Positions 1-11,727 of a stretch of DNA of 64,000 bases are shown piece by piece; within the stretch, counting starts at the first letter, position 1; the number at the start of each line of letters is the position of its first letter. A program made the translations under genes and the position numbers. This stretch comes from an uncultured Acidobacteriota bacterium (lineage in GTDB: Bacteria > Acidobacteriota > UBA6911), in assembly GCA_963827655.1 (NCBI GenBank), contig CAWHCF010000037.1, positions 32,001-96,000 of the forward strand, in the 5' to 3' direction. The notes under the pieces were generated by a model. The model ran no database searches, was not told where the DNA came from, and saw nothing but the letters and a program-made list of their open reading frames with translations.

Positions 1-2318
1 ACCGATCAAATGGTGGACCTGGGGATCCAGATTGCTGACGCGCTGGATGCAGTGCACTTGAAGGGGATCGTACACCGGGACATCAAGCCGGCAAACATAT
101 TCGTCACGGACCGGGGCCACGCCAAGATTCTGGATTTTGGACTGGCTAAGCTGGTAGCGGACCAATTAGCGTCGCCGGAAGCAGCGACGGTGTCGACAGA
201 TCGGCTGACCACGCTCGGGACGGCACTGGGGACGGTTGCCTATATGTCCCCCGAACAGGCGCGAGGGGAAGCTCTCGATGCACGCACAGACCTGTTTTCG
301 CTTGGCGTGACGCTGTACGAGATGGCCACCGGATCTCTCCCTTTCACGGGCACTACATCTGCCACGGTCTTTGATGCCATCCTCCACCACGAGCCGATGC
401 GTCCGTCGCAGGTGAACCCCAAGTTGCCAGCTGAACTGGAACGGATCATTCTGCGGGCGCTGGAGAAAGACCGGGAGGTCCGCTACCAGACGGCATCAGA
501 CCTTCGCGCCGAGCTGAAGCGTTGGGGCGGCAAGCCGGTGAGACAGCGCCGAGCGCGCGAGAGAGAGGGAGCCGAGCGACGCATCGCCGGGGGAGAGTGC
601 TTGCGTTCGTTGTCTGCGCAATAGTCGTTGCTGCTGCCGTGGGCTGGTTCCTGACACGACAATTCCCCAGCCGACAGCCCCCAAACCTTACCTTCACCAA
701 GCTCACCAATCAGCCGGGCCTGGAGTTGTTTCCCAGCCTCTCCCCCGATGGCAAGTCCTTGGTTTACGCCAGCCGGGTCTCCGGCAACTGGGACATCTAC
801 TTGCAGCGCGTTGATCGCGGAACACCCATTAACCTGACCAGGGACTCGTTATCGGACGACATCCATCCGGCCTTCTCTCCCGAGGGCGAGCGGATTGCGT
901 TTCGGTCTGAACGAGACGGCGGCGGCATTTTCTTCATGGGCGCCACCGGCGAGTCGGTCCGTCGTATCACGGATTTCGGTTATCACCCCACATGGTCCCC
1001 TGATGGAAAAGAGATCGCGTGCGCCACCGAGGCAAGCGGTGTCTCCTTCGATCCGCCCCGGCCCGAACAGCAGCTTATGGGCTGTTCCCATCGGGGGCGG
1101 CCAGAGGCGCCCAATCGCAGAGAGTGGTGATGCCCTGGAACCCATGTGGTCTCCGCACGGTCACAGGATTGCCTTTTGGGGCCTACGATCCGGTCGGCCG
1201 GACATATGGACCATTCCCGCTACCGGGCGAGGAGAGCCGGTTCGGATCACAGATGATTTGCATGTGGATTGGCACCCCGTCTGGTCGCCGCTGGGCGACT
1301 ACATCTATTTCGTCAGCGATCGCAGCGGTGTCATGAATATCTGGCGGGTCCCGATCGAGGAGCGGTCTGGGAAGGTGCTGGGTTCCCCACAGCCGGTCAC
1401 CACGGCCGCCTCGGACGCACTGTCGATCAGCCTTTCCGGCGATGGGCGGATAGCGTATTCGCAGGGCACTTCCCAAGAAAACATCCAGACGATCGGATTC
1501 AACCCAGCAATGGAAACAGTGACCGGCCCGCCGGTGTGGATCACACAAGGCTCCAACCGGGTCGCTTCACTGGATCTCTCGCCGAATGGCGAGTGGATCG
1601 CCTTCGCCTCCCGAGGGTCGCGGCCCGACATCGCCATGATCCATCGGGACGGGACCGGACTTCGCTACTTGACTGACGACTCCCATCAGGATGCTTCAGC
1701 CTCGCTGGCACCCGGATGGAAGACGCATAGCATTCATCTCCCGTCGGAGCGGGAAGCTGGAACTCTGGATCATCAACCGGGACGGCAGCGGGCTCGAGCA
1801 GATAACACACACCCAGGACCGGGGCAGCGTGATGTATCCGCAGTGGTCCCCTGACGGTTCGCGACTTGGCTACTATGTCAGCGATGAAGGTTCTTACCTT
1901 CTTGATGCCGGCAAACCCTGGAAAGAGCAGACGCCTCAGGCCTTGCCCAAGATGAGCAACGGAGAGCTTTGCGGCGTACGCTTGGTCGCCTGACGGGCGT
2001 AAAATCGCCGGACTACACTCGCCGCGGACCGGTGCCTCGTCGGGCCTCACCATCTATTCTCTAGAATCTCGAGGATACGAAAAGGCCACCGAATCCGGAC
2101 TCGACCCGGTCTGGCTGAGCGACAGCCGCAGGCTTCTCTTCCTTCACAATCGGGATACGATCAGCCTGATCGACAGCCAGACCAAAAAGGCGCACCCGGT
2201 CTACTCCGTTGCACCGGCCACTATCCAAGGGAAGTTCACTCTCTCTCGCGATGATCGGGTGATTTACCTCAGCGTGATCGGTGGGGAGGCGGACATTTGG
2301 CTGGCGAGCCCGCAGTAA
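1..2318 (+). CDS. Ser/Thr protein kinase (Hanks type) with TM helix and PD40/TolB-like beta-propeller; 5' end outside window; several frameshifts
   Basis: [12 protein letters not shown] and YMSPEQ motifs in ORF 10..624. TM segment and repeated PxFSPDG/WSPDG units in ORFs 522..1130, 895..1854 and 1691..1993, ending ...[12 protein letters not shown] at 2316-2318. Confidence 0.88.
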
Positions 2319-2458
2319 TTTGCTGCGACGGGTAGGTCGAGATGTCGAAGACTCCATTCCCCAGAATACCAATCACGCCCGATGCTTGGGACCGTCTCAG
2401 AGAGGCGCGTCTCCACCATCTTGAAGGAACCGTAAGATTTTCCCGTTCGGAAAGTTAC

Positions 2459-2525
2459 GCGTCTTCGTGGTCTTCGTGGTTAGTCGGTGCGAAACTACAG
2501 CCACTTAATACACAAAGACACGAAA
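2459..2525. repeat. Octamer repeat family copy R1 (two-armed, palindromic)
   Basis: gcgtcttcgtggtcttcgtggttag ... cacaaagacacgaaa form inverted arms. Confidence 0.75.
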
Positions 2526-2607
2526 ATGTTGGCCGGATCGTCCCCGCACAGTCCCGCTCGTCCCGGAATGATTGAACCGGAATCGAAAGAGCCCCAGACT
2601 CACCTCC

Positions 2608-4460
2608 ATGATGACCAAACGAATCAGATGGTTTGCTTTCTGTTTTTGGCCTGTGCTGGCGCTGGCCCAGACGCCGGCCTCGCAGCACTCGTCACTGGCG
2701 AAGATCCGCCGGGAGAACGTCGCCCAGTTGAAGGTGGCCTGGACGTACCGCACCGGAGAACCGCTGACTCCGGTCGAGGGCGGCGGGAGACCGCCCGCAT
2801 TCGAAGCCACACCCATCTACGACGGCGGCTTGCTCTATATCGGCACTCCGTACGGCAAGGTAATCGCGCTCGAACCTGAAACGGGAAAAGAGAAGTGGTC
2901 GTTTGACGCCCGGATCAATCGCAAGGGCAACTACGGCGATTTCGCCAACCGCGGCGTTGCAATCTGGCAGGACCGGGCGAAGGCTGGAACGGGTCCTTGC
3001 GGGCGACGGATCTTCTTCGGAAGCATCGATGCGCGCCTCTTTGCGCTGGATGCCGCTTCCGGGAAGCCCTGCGCGGACTTCGGCAACCAGGGACAATCGA
3101 CCTCACTGCGGGCCTGCGCCGTGGACCGTCTTACCCGGGCGAGTACCAGCAGACGTCGCCTCCCGCTATCGTCGATGACCTGGTCATCGTGGGGTCGGCA
3201 ATCGCCGACAATCACCGCCTCGATTCTCCGAGCGGCGAGGTGCGCGCCTTCGATGCGCGCACGGGCGCGCTGCGCTGGAAATGGGATCCGCTGCCAGACA
3301 ATCCCAACGCGGGCGGAGCGAACGCATGGTCGCGCATTACCGTGGATCCTGACCTGCATCTCGTGTTCGTTCCGACCGGAAGCGCCAGTCCCGATTATTA
3401 TGGCGGCCTGCGACCGGGGCCCAATCGATATGCCAACTCCGTGGTCGCGTTGCGGTCCAAAACCGGAGAGGTCGCCTGGCATTTTCAGACCGTGCATCAC
3501 GATCTCTGGGACTACGATGTCGCCTCGCCCCCCGCGCTGTTCACGGTCAAACGCGATGGCCGCGTGGTTCTGGGAGTTGCGGTCGGCTCGAAAACCGGCC
3601 ATCTGTTCCTGCTCCAGCGCGAAACCGGACAGCCCCTGTTTCCCGTGGAAGAACGGCCCGTGCCGAAGAGCGACGTCCCGGGCGAGCAGGCCGCCTTGAC
3701 GCAGCCGTTCCCGACCTCGCCGCCGTCGCTGGTTCCTCAGCGGCTCACGGCCGACGAAGCCTGGGGAGCGACGGAGAAAGATCGTCAATGGTGTAAAGAA
3801 CAGATTGCAGCGCTGCGCTCGGAGGGCATCTTCACGCCGCCGAGCCTTCGCGGCTCGATCATCACGCCGGGCAACATCGGCGGATTGCACTGGGGTGGGG
3901 TCGCTCACGATCCGGAGCGGGGATTGCTGATCGCGCCGGCCAACCGGTTGACGGCGGTCGCGCGTCTGATTCCGCTGGACCAGGTCGCCGCCTACCGGAA
4001 GGAGCACCCGGAATGGGAGACCACAATCCAGCAGGGAACGCCGTATGCCATGTCGCGTACGTTTCTGCGATCGCCGAGCGGCTTGCCCTGCAATCCACCG
4101 CCATTCGGCACGCTGACCGCCGTCGACCTGGCCAGCGGCGGTATCCGGTGGCAGGTACCGCTGGGCAACCTTCCGCTGCCGGGCGCATTGCCCGAATGGG
4201 GATCGATCAACCTGGGCGGTCCGCTGGCTACCGCAGGAGGGCTTCTGTTCATAGGCGCGAGCCTGGATCCGGCGATCCGGGCGTTCGACCTCGATTCCGG
4301 AGCCGAGCTGTGGAAGGGCGCGCTGCCCGCCAGTGCGCGCTCGACGCCGATGACTTTCGAGGCGCCGAGCGGCAGGCAGTATGTGATAATCGCCGCCGGC
4401 GGTCACGACCCGAAGTTCGGCAAGCTTGACAATGCACTGGTGGCATTTACATTGCCATGA
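2608..4460 (+). CDS. PQQ-dependent (glucose/quinate-type) dehydrogenase, secreted; frameshift ~3095
   Basis: Signal peptide; LKVAWTYRTG, FEATP, NRGVAIW, WHFQTVHHDLWDYDV and GGPLATAGGLLFIG motifs across ORFs 2572..3699 and 2997..4460. Confidence 0.88.
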
Positions 4461-4476
4461 TTTCAGGAGCGCTCTC

Positions 4477-5581
4477 GTGTCGCCCATCTGGAACCGGATC
4501 CGCGGCTTTCCCTGGCGCCTGATCTTTCTGTTGAGCACGGCCTTCGGCGTCTTACTCTTTTTCTACAGAGCTCTCGACCGTCCGGCGCGAAACCAACCCG
4601 TCGATTGGATGGAGGTGTTCCTGGAGGAGATGACGGGAGCTTACGCCGGGCTTCCGCTGCTCCCGCTGGTGGCCTGGCTGGTTTTGCGTTTTTCCGCTCG
4701 TGATGGCGGCTGGAAGAAGTATTGGCCCCTTTACTCGGCGGCCGGCGTCGCGTACGGTCTCACCTACACGACGCTGATCTACGGCCTGCGCCTCGCAGTG
4801 TTCGCCATCCTCGGAAGAGGTCCTTACGATTACGGGATCATGAGCTTTCGCTACCTGATGGAACTGCCGGTGCAATTGATCATCTTCTCGGTCATTGTCG
4901 TCGTCATCACACATGCCGAAGACCGGCGCGTGGCGCGGGAACGGCAGCTGCGAATGGAAACGCTCGAGCGCCAACTGGCCCAGGCGCAATTGGAGACGCT
5001 GCAACTTCAGCTGCGGCCGCATTTCCTGTTCAATGCCCTCAACGCCGTCTCGTCGATCATGTACGAGGACCCGCGGGCAGCCGACCGCATGATCGGACGA
5101 CTGAGCGAATTCCTGCGACGCGTCCTGCGAACCGACAGCGCCCACGAAGTTCCGCTGCGCGAAGAGCTGGACTTGCTCGAGCTGTATCTCGACATCATGC
5201 GAGCCCGCTTCGAGCACCGGCTGCAGTGCTCCGTGGAATCGGACCGCGACCTGGACAGCGCCATGGTGCCGCAGTTGATTCTCCAGCCGGTAGTGGAGAA
5301 CGCGATTCGATATGGAGCGGATCCAACGTCCGGCGAAATCAGAGTTACGGTTCAGTGTGCAGCGGTTCGATGGACGGTTGCGTCTCGAGGTAAACGATTG
5401 CGGACCCGGCACGAACACGAACCAAAACGGGCTCGGGTTGGGTTTGAAGAACCTCGCCGGCCGGCTTGAACGTCTCTATGGGGAGCGCGGGCAAATCGCT
5501 ATCGAACACCATGCGGCGGGCACACGAGTTGTCATCTGGCTGCCGTTGGGCCGCGCGTCCGAACTGGAAGGGAGCCCATGA
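4477..5581 (+). CDS. LytS/YehU-family membrane sensor histidine kinase; frameshift ~5355
   Basis: N-terminal TM helices; QLRPHFLFNALN, LQPVVENAIRYG and GLGLKNL motifs; AGGAG RBS before GTG 4477. Confidence 0.88.
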
Positions 5582-6336
5582 CGATTCGCGCCGTGATCGC
5601 CGACGATGAGCCGCCGGCCCGCCGGAAGCTCCGGCGGCTCCTGGCGCGCGAGGCAGACGTGTCGATCGCCGGCGAGGCCTCTACCGGAGAGGAAACGGTT
5701 GCGCTGCTGCGCGAGAATCAGCCGGACGTTTTGTTTCTGGACGTGCAGATGCCAGGGCTTGACGGGTTTCAGGTTCTGGAGGCGCTGGGCGATCTGGGTG
5801 AGACCGCCGTCGTCTTTGTGACCGCCCACGACGACTACGCCGTCCGCGCTTTCGAGGTTCAGGCTCTCGATTACCTGTTGAAGCCCGTGACTGAAGATCG
5901 GTTGGCCGCAGTGATGCAACGGCTCCGGGCCCAACTCGGCCGGCGCATGCCGGCGCCGGAGCCTCAGGGCCGTTTCTGGAAACGAATTCTGGTCCAGGGG
6001 CCCCGCCTGGCCCGTTTTGTCCAGATCGCCGAGATCGACTGGATCGAGGCAGATCGCAATTACCTGGTCCTCCATTGCGGCGCCCAGGAGCACCTGGTGC
6101 GCGCCACGCTCGAAGCCTTCGCCGAGCGCCTGGATCCCAACGAATTCGTGCGCATCAACCGTTCGACCGTCGTGAATCTCGACCGCGTGCGCGAGCTGCA
6201 GCCCTGGACCCACGGCGAGTTCCGCGGTGATATTGGAAGCGGCGGCCGCGAGCTCACATGGAGCCGGCGCTATTTGTCGTCGAATCTGGATAGATTCCTG
6301 CGATCTGTAAGGGTGCCAGGCTGCGCGCTAAGCTGA
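5578..6336 (+). CDS. LytTR-family response regulator
   Basis: ADDEPPAR, FLDVQMP, FVTAHDDYAVRAFEVQALDYLLKP and FVRINRS; overlaps the kinase stop codon. Confidence 0.92.
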   Translation: MTIRAVIADDEPPARRKLRRLLAREADVSIAGEASTGEETVALLRENQPDVLFLDVQMPGLDGFQVLEALGDLGETAVVFVTAHDDYAVRAFEVQALDYLLKPVTEDRLAAVMQRLRAQLGRRMPAPEPQGRFWKRILVQGPRLARFVQIAEIDWIEADRNYLVLHCGAQEHLVRATLEAFAERLDPNEFVRINRSTVVNLDRVRELQPWTHGEFRGDIGSGGRELTWSRRYLSSNLDRFLRSVRVPGCALS

Positions 6337-6383
6337 CCACCGATTGCGCCAGAATGTGAAGTATTCCGATGGGAGCCGCAAGG

Positions 6384-6758
6384 ATGGCCGAGGATAAGTT
6401 TGATCGAGGTCTGAAGAAGCGCCAGCAGATTTCCATAACTGTCGTCGGGCGCCGTAGCGGGCGAACCATTACCCTGCCGGTCTGGTTCGTCTCTACGGAC
6501 GACGGCTTGCTGCTGCTGCCGGTCTACGGTTCGCAGACTCAGTGGTACCGAAACCTGCTGAAGAACCCCACCATCACCATCCAGGCCGGAAGCGAGCGGC
6601 GCACACTTCGGGCCCGCACGCTGCGAGACGCGCGTGCCGTGGGCAAAGTGATTCGGGAGTTCCGCGAGAAATACACGCCCGAGATGATTGCGCGCTTGTA
6701 CCCCGGCCCCCTGGATGCCGCCGTCAAGGTACAGCTTCAGCGCGGGGTCGAGACCTGA
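6384..6758 (+). CDS. Nitroreductase/deazaflavin-dependent oxidoreductase-like (DUF385/split-barrel) protein
   Basis: ITVVGRRSGR..PVWFV and QWYRNLLKNP motifs. Confidence 0.7.
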   Translation: MAEDKFDRGLKKRQQISITVVGRRSGRTITLPVWFVSTDDGLLLLPVYGSQTQWYRNLLKNPTITIQAGSERRTLRARTLRDARAVGKVIREFREKYTPEMIARLYPGPLDAAVKVQLQRGVET

Positions 6759-6769
6759 AATTCGGCGCT

Positions 6770-6805
6770 CTTGGGTTTCTTTGCGTCTTGGAGTCTTTGT
6801 GGTTA
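6770..6805 (+). repeat. Octamer repeat copy R2 (single arm); its GGTTA supplies the TAA stop of the GYD gene
   Basis: cttgggtttctttgcgtcttggagtctttgtggtta. Confidence 0.8.
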
Positions 6806-7105
6806 GCCCCGTCTACCCAATTTGCCCAGAATCCGGCTCATCTCGTCGGTGGAAAAAGCCCGCAGGGATTGGGTCCGAACGTTGCCCAGCGCGCCGACAC
6901 TCAAGAGAAGCGCGGTGACGGAGGCGTCGTCGGGCGCTTCGATGACGGTCGCGATGTCGTACTGGCCCAGGGTCCAGTAAACCTCTTTTACCGTGGCCCC
7001 CACCCGCTTCGCCATTTCTTTGAGGGCTTCGGAGCGTTTGGTAGTCTCCTTGATGTTCCGAATCCCCTGGTCTGTGTACTGTCCGAGAACGATGTACGTT
7101 GCCAT
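6803..7105 (-). CDS. GYD domain-containing protein
   Basis: MATYIVLGQYTDQG...YWTLGQYD...GNVRTQSLRAF; GGAGG RBS. Confidence 0.88.
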   Translation of the reverse strand: MATYIVLGQYTDQGIRNIKETTKRSEALKEMAKRVGATVKEVYWTLGQYDIATVIEAPDDASVTALLLSVGALGNVRTQSLRAFSTDEMSRILGKLGRRG

Positions 7106-7174
7106 GTTGGCCTCCTTGCCAAACTGCTTGTTTTTTCTTGATCGTCCAAGAAACCCTGATGCTACGTCAAGTAA

Positions 7175-8509
<1,335 letters not shown>

Positions 8510-8521
8510 GGGGAGATTATA
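8510..8521 (-). promoter_or_regulatory. Perfect -10 box (TATAAT) 6 nt before ATG, probable leaderless promoter
   Basis: Minus strand reads TATAAT-ctcccc-ATG with no SD. Confidence 0.55.
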
Positions 8522-8544
8522 GCGGAGCCCGAGGCGTACACCAT

Positions 8545-8575
8545 CTTAGTGTTTCTTCGTGTCTTGCGTGCCTAG
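8545..8575 (+). repeat. Octamer repeat copy R3, interrupted by IS110 (remainder tgttt at 10296-10300)
   Basis: cttagtgtttcttcgtgtcttgcgtgcct|ag, then IS sequence. Confidence 0.78.
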
Positions 8576-8676
8576 ATCCTATGTAGGGCGGCAGCTCGCA
8601 GGGTCGAAAGAGCGGGCCGTTCTTGGTAAGCTCCTTTTGGGTTTAGTTGTCTAATCCAAAACAAAAAGGAGAAACT

Positions 8677-9831
8677 ATGACCAAGACGACCCGCAACCAA
8701 CAGTATAGCGATATTCGACCGACATTGTTTATGGCATTTGAGCTAGGGATGTCGGAATGGAAACTGGGGTTCACGATTGGGCTGGGGCAGAAGGCGCGAA
8801 GGCGCACGGTAACAGCCGGCAACCTTGAAAAAGTACAGAGGGAGATCGTGGCCGCCAAGAAACGGTTCCAACTTCCGGAGACGGCCGAGGTGGTGAGCTG
8901 CTACGAAGCAGGGCGGGATGGGTTTTGGCTGCATCGATACTTGACGCAGTCTGGGATCGGGAACCTGGTGGTGGACTCAGCGAGCATTGAAGTGAACCGG
9001 AGAAAGCGGCGAGCTAAGACGGATCGCATGGACGTGGAGAAGTTGCTGACCATGCTGATTCGGTATCAGTACGGAGAGCACAGGGTCTGGAGCGTGGTGC
9101 GAGTACCTTCGCCCGAAGAGGAAGATAACCGGCAGTTGAATCGAGAGCTGCGCAGCCTGAAGAAGGAGAAGACGCGGACCACCAATCGCATCAAGGGACT
9201 ACTGGCGAGCCAGGGGGTCAGGCTTGAGCCTGGGAAGGAGCTGTCGGACAAGAAACTGGACTCGATCAGGTTATGGGATGGCTCGCCATTGCAGCCGGGG
9301 TTAAAAGGCCGCCTGCAGCACGAGTGTGCGCATGTGGTGTTTTTGAAGCGACAGATCCTGTCGCTGGAGGGGGACCGCAGGCGCGAACTCAGAGAGGGAG
9401 AGAACCCGGACCTGGACCAGGTTCGCCAGCTTGCGTCTTTGCGCGGCATTGGTGTCAACGGCGGTTGGGTGCTGGTGCGAGAGTTCTTCGCCTGGAGGAA
9501 GTTTAACAACCGGCGCGAAGTGGGGTCGCTGGCGGGCCTGGCGCCGACCCCCTATCAGAGCGGGGAATCGAGGCGGGAGCAAGGGATTAGCAAAGCCGGC
9601 AACCGTCACGTCCGGGGGGTAATGATTGAGCTGGCCTGGTCTTGGGTGCGCTTCCAGCCCAAGAGCAAGCTTACTCAGTGGTTCGAGGAGCGTTTCGGCG
9701 GTGCGGGCAAGCGCGTCCGTAGGGTTGGAATAGTGGCTGTGGCACGACGCCTGCTGATCGATATGTGGAAGTTCCTCGAGACCGGAGCTCTGCCCGAGGG
9801 CGCGCAACTGAAAAAAGTAGTAGTCGCTTAG
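8677..9831 (+). CDS. IS110 family transposase/recombinase
   Basis: AFELG, CYEAG, RAKTDRMD (DEDD RuvC-like), GLAPTPYQSG, GISKAGN; AAGGAG RBS before ATG 8677. Confidence 0.95.
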   Translation: MTKTTRNQQYSDIRPTLFMAFELGMSEWKLGFTIGLGQKARRRTVTAGNLEKVQREIVAAKKRFQLPETAEVVSCYEAGRDGFWLHRYLTQSGIGNLVVDSASIEVNRRKRRAKTDRMDVEKLLTMLIRYQYGEHRVWSVVRVPSPEEEDNRQLNRELRSLKKEKTRTTNRIKGLLASQGVRLEPGKELSDKKLDSIRLWDGSPLQPGLKGRLQHECAHVVFLKRQILSLEGDRRRELREGENPDLDQVRQLASLRGIGVNGGWVLVREFFAWRKFNNRREVGSLAGLAPTPYQSGESRREQGISKAGNRHVRGVMIELAWSWVRFQPKSKLTQWFEERFGGAGKRVRRVGIVAVARRLLIDMWKFLETGALPEGAQLKKVVVA

Positions 9832-9890
9832 ACGGAGAGAAACCAGAACGTGAGAACGTTCGAGACCTAAACAGCCTATGAAACCTCAGG

Positions 9891-10023
9891 TGTTGTTTTC
9901 CTCTTGCGGCCATTGTGCTCCGGCCGGCCCCAGCGGCGTCAAGGCTAAACCCTTTGGGCGCGCTGTGCGCGGCCTTGACCCCGCGGGCCGACCGGAATTT
10001 TTGGCCGCTAAGAGGAAAACAAC
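9891..10023. repeat. ~130-bp imperfect palindrome inside the IS 3' non-coding region
   Basis: gttgttttcctcttgcggcca...tggccgctaagaggaaaacaac with inner paired arms tccggccggccc/gggccgaccgga and gtcaaggc/gccttgac. Confidence 0.75.
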
Positions 10024-10039
10024 CGAGAGTAAACCAACT

Positions 10040-10260
10040 TCTCGGCATGGTGGGACTGCCCGAAAATACCACTGGTATCCGTTTTGGAACCGGTTCCTAG
10101 ATGGGGCGTCCCGAAAGCGCTCGCACATTTTTCGCCACCGCGCGAATACAGGATTGGGTGTCCGATCACTACACGATCGGCACGGATAGAAGTTTCATTC
10201 GGGGTCTATCCCCGAATCAGACACCGAGCCACCAGCTGCAGACGTAACCAAGGAGGTCAA
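10040..10260 (+). ncRNA. Candidate bridge RNA/seekRNA of the IS110 element (boundaries approximate)
   Basis: Hairpins interspersed with short matches to the junctions: ttcctag 10094, caggat 10149, atagaag 10186, cagacac 10217. Confidence 0.55.
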
Positions 10261-10429
10261 CCGAAAGGAGCTTGACACCCAAGACTACATAGAAGTGTTT
10301 GATCGGGCTGCGTTCCTACGCAGGCACGCAGTGATCACCGGCACGAACGGCGCAGAGCCCTCAGGCGGCATTCGGTGGATCGGGGTTCAAGCGGCATGCC
10401 GGTCGGAATTGGGCGAACATTCGATCCTT

Positions 10430-10780
10430 AGGACCGGGCAGTACTCTCGTCGCCATGATCCGGAGTTGTTGGACTGGTCGGCCTCGGCCCTCCTTCTCGA
10501 TGGCAGTGATCTGTGGATGGGTTTGATTGTTCGACCCGAAGGAGCCGTCGACCCGGGAGGGCTCGCCCGAATCCCACTAGAAGGCGGTCCTATCCGGAAG
10601 TACCGAGTCCCGGCCGTGATTCACAGGATCCAGAAGTTTGGCGGCGCGCTCTATCTGGCCACGTCGGAAGGCATCTTCATCGTCGACCGCAGCAATCTCG
10701 TTCACGTGAACCTCGACCCGGACAGGAACGGGGAGTACAGTCTCAGGTCGAGCACACACGCGCTGGTACCTCAACCATAG
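10430..10780 (+). pseudogene. 3' fragment of a hypothetical (propeller-like) gene with no credible start
   Basis: Protein-like tail ...LLDWSASALLLDGSDLWMGL...ALYLATSEGIFIVD; the upstream part of the ORF does not look coding. Confidence 0.45.
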
Positions 10781-10814
10781 AGACCTTGCCCTTCTCTTGA
10801 CCGCTACCGAGTGG

Positions 10815-11673
10815 TCAAGCTTCGGCAGCCTGGGTCGCGCTCCTCGCCCGGCGGCTAATCAGGAACACACCCACCGCCAACCAGATCACGATGACGAACC
10901 CGATGCCGTACTCATACGTCAAGTAGTGAGTCACTCCGGTGTCGATGGTGAGGACCTCGAAGCTGGTCTGCGCGCCGTTGCTCGCCGCATGAAGGAACAC
11001 CGCCGGCCACACGCTTCCCGACCGCTGCCTCAGCCAGGTGTAAAAAAAACTCACGCCGACCACGCTCAGGGTGAAACACGCCGTCGCGTACCAGAGCGGC
11101 AGCTTGGGACGCATGCTGGGGAGAAGGACGAACATCAACGGGTAGTGCCAGACGGACCAGATCAAGCCCACTACGACGCTCGCCCTGGCGAAGCTCGTCG
11201 CCTCGGACAGGCGAGGGGCGAGCAGGCCTCGCCAGCCCAGCTCTTCGCCCAGCGCCGAGGCTGCGCTCGTAACCGCTCCGAGCGGAGCAATCACAAGAAG
11301 CATGAATGGAAGGACGAATTTCGGATTAAAACCTCCAAGGCCGACGCGAGCCAGAAAAGTCGAAAGACGGTCGGAATTGAACGCGCCCAGACCGAAAATC
11401 CAAACCGTGAGATAGACGGCCGCGGCGAGCAGGTATGGGAAGAAGATCACTCCAAGAAGATAGCGCGTCGTGTTGCCCCAGCGCAGCCCGAGCTCGGCGA
11501 GAGGGCGACGGAGAATGAGTTTGGTGGCGATTGCCGCCAGGCCCGGGCACCACATGAAACGCGGCCGAGTGCGCCTCGCCCCATCGTGGTTGCTGGCTCG
11601 CAAAAAGATATACGTAAAACGCAGCACTAAAACCAAGCGTCAGGGAAAGAAACAGGAGGACTTCTTTCTTCAT
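10815..11673 (-). CDS. CPBP/Abi (CAAX) family intramembrane metalloprotease; frameshift near 5' end
   Basis: GEELGWRG, WSVWHYP and VFLHAASN motifs; N-terminus in ORF 11326..11673. Confidence 0.85.
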
Positions 11674-11727
11674 GTTCAGTCCGGCAGCAAATCCGTTCGC
11701 GATGGTAAAAGGGAAAAGCGTAGCCTG

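Larger units (their letters stand above)
8574..10295 (+). mobile_element. IS110-family (IS1111-like architecture) insertion sequence, ~1.72 kb
   Basis: Sub-terminal inverted repeats ctatgtag (8579-8586) / ctacatag (10285-10292), AG core at both junctions, outward TTGACA at 10272-10277, long 3' non-coding region. Confidence 0.82.

Noticed and set aside
2931-4538. Long antisense ORFs (also 20428..21948, 41610..42917, 59185..60399 and similar)
   Set aside because: Shadow frames of well-supported opposite-strand genes in GC-rich DNA, with no motifs.
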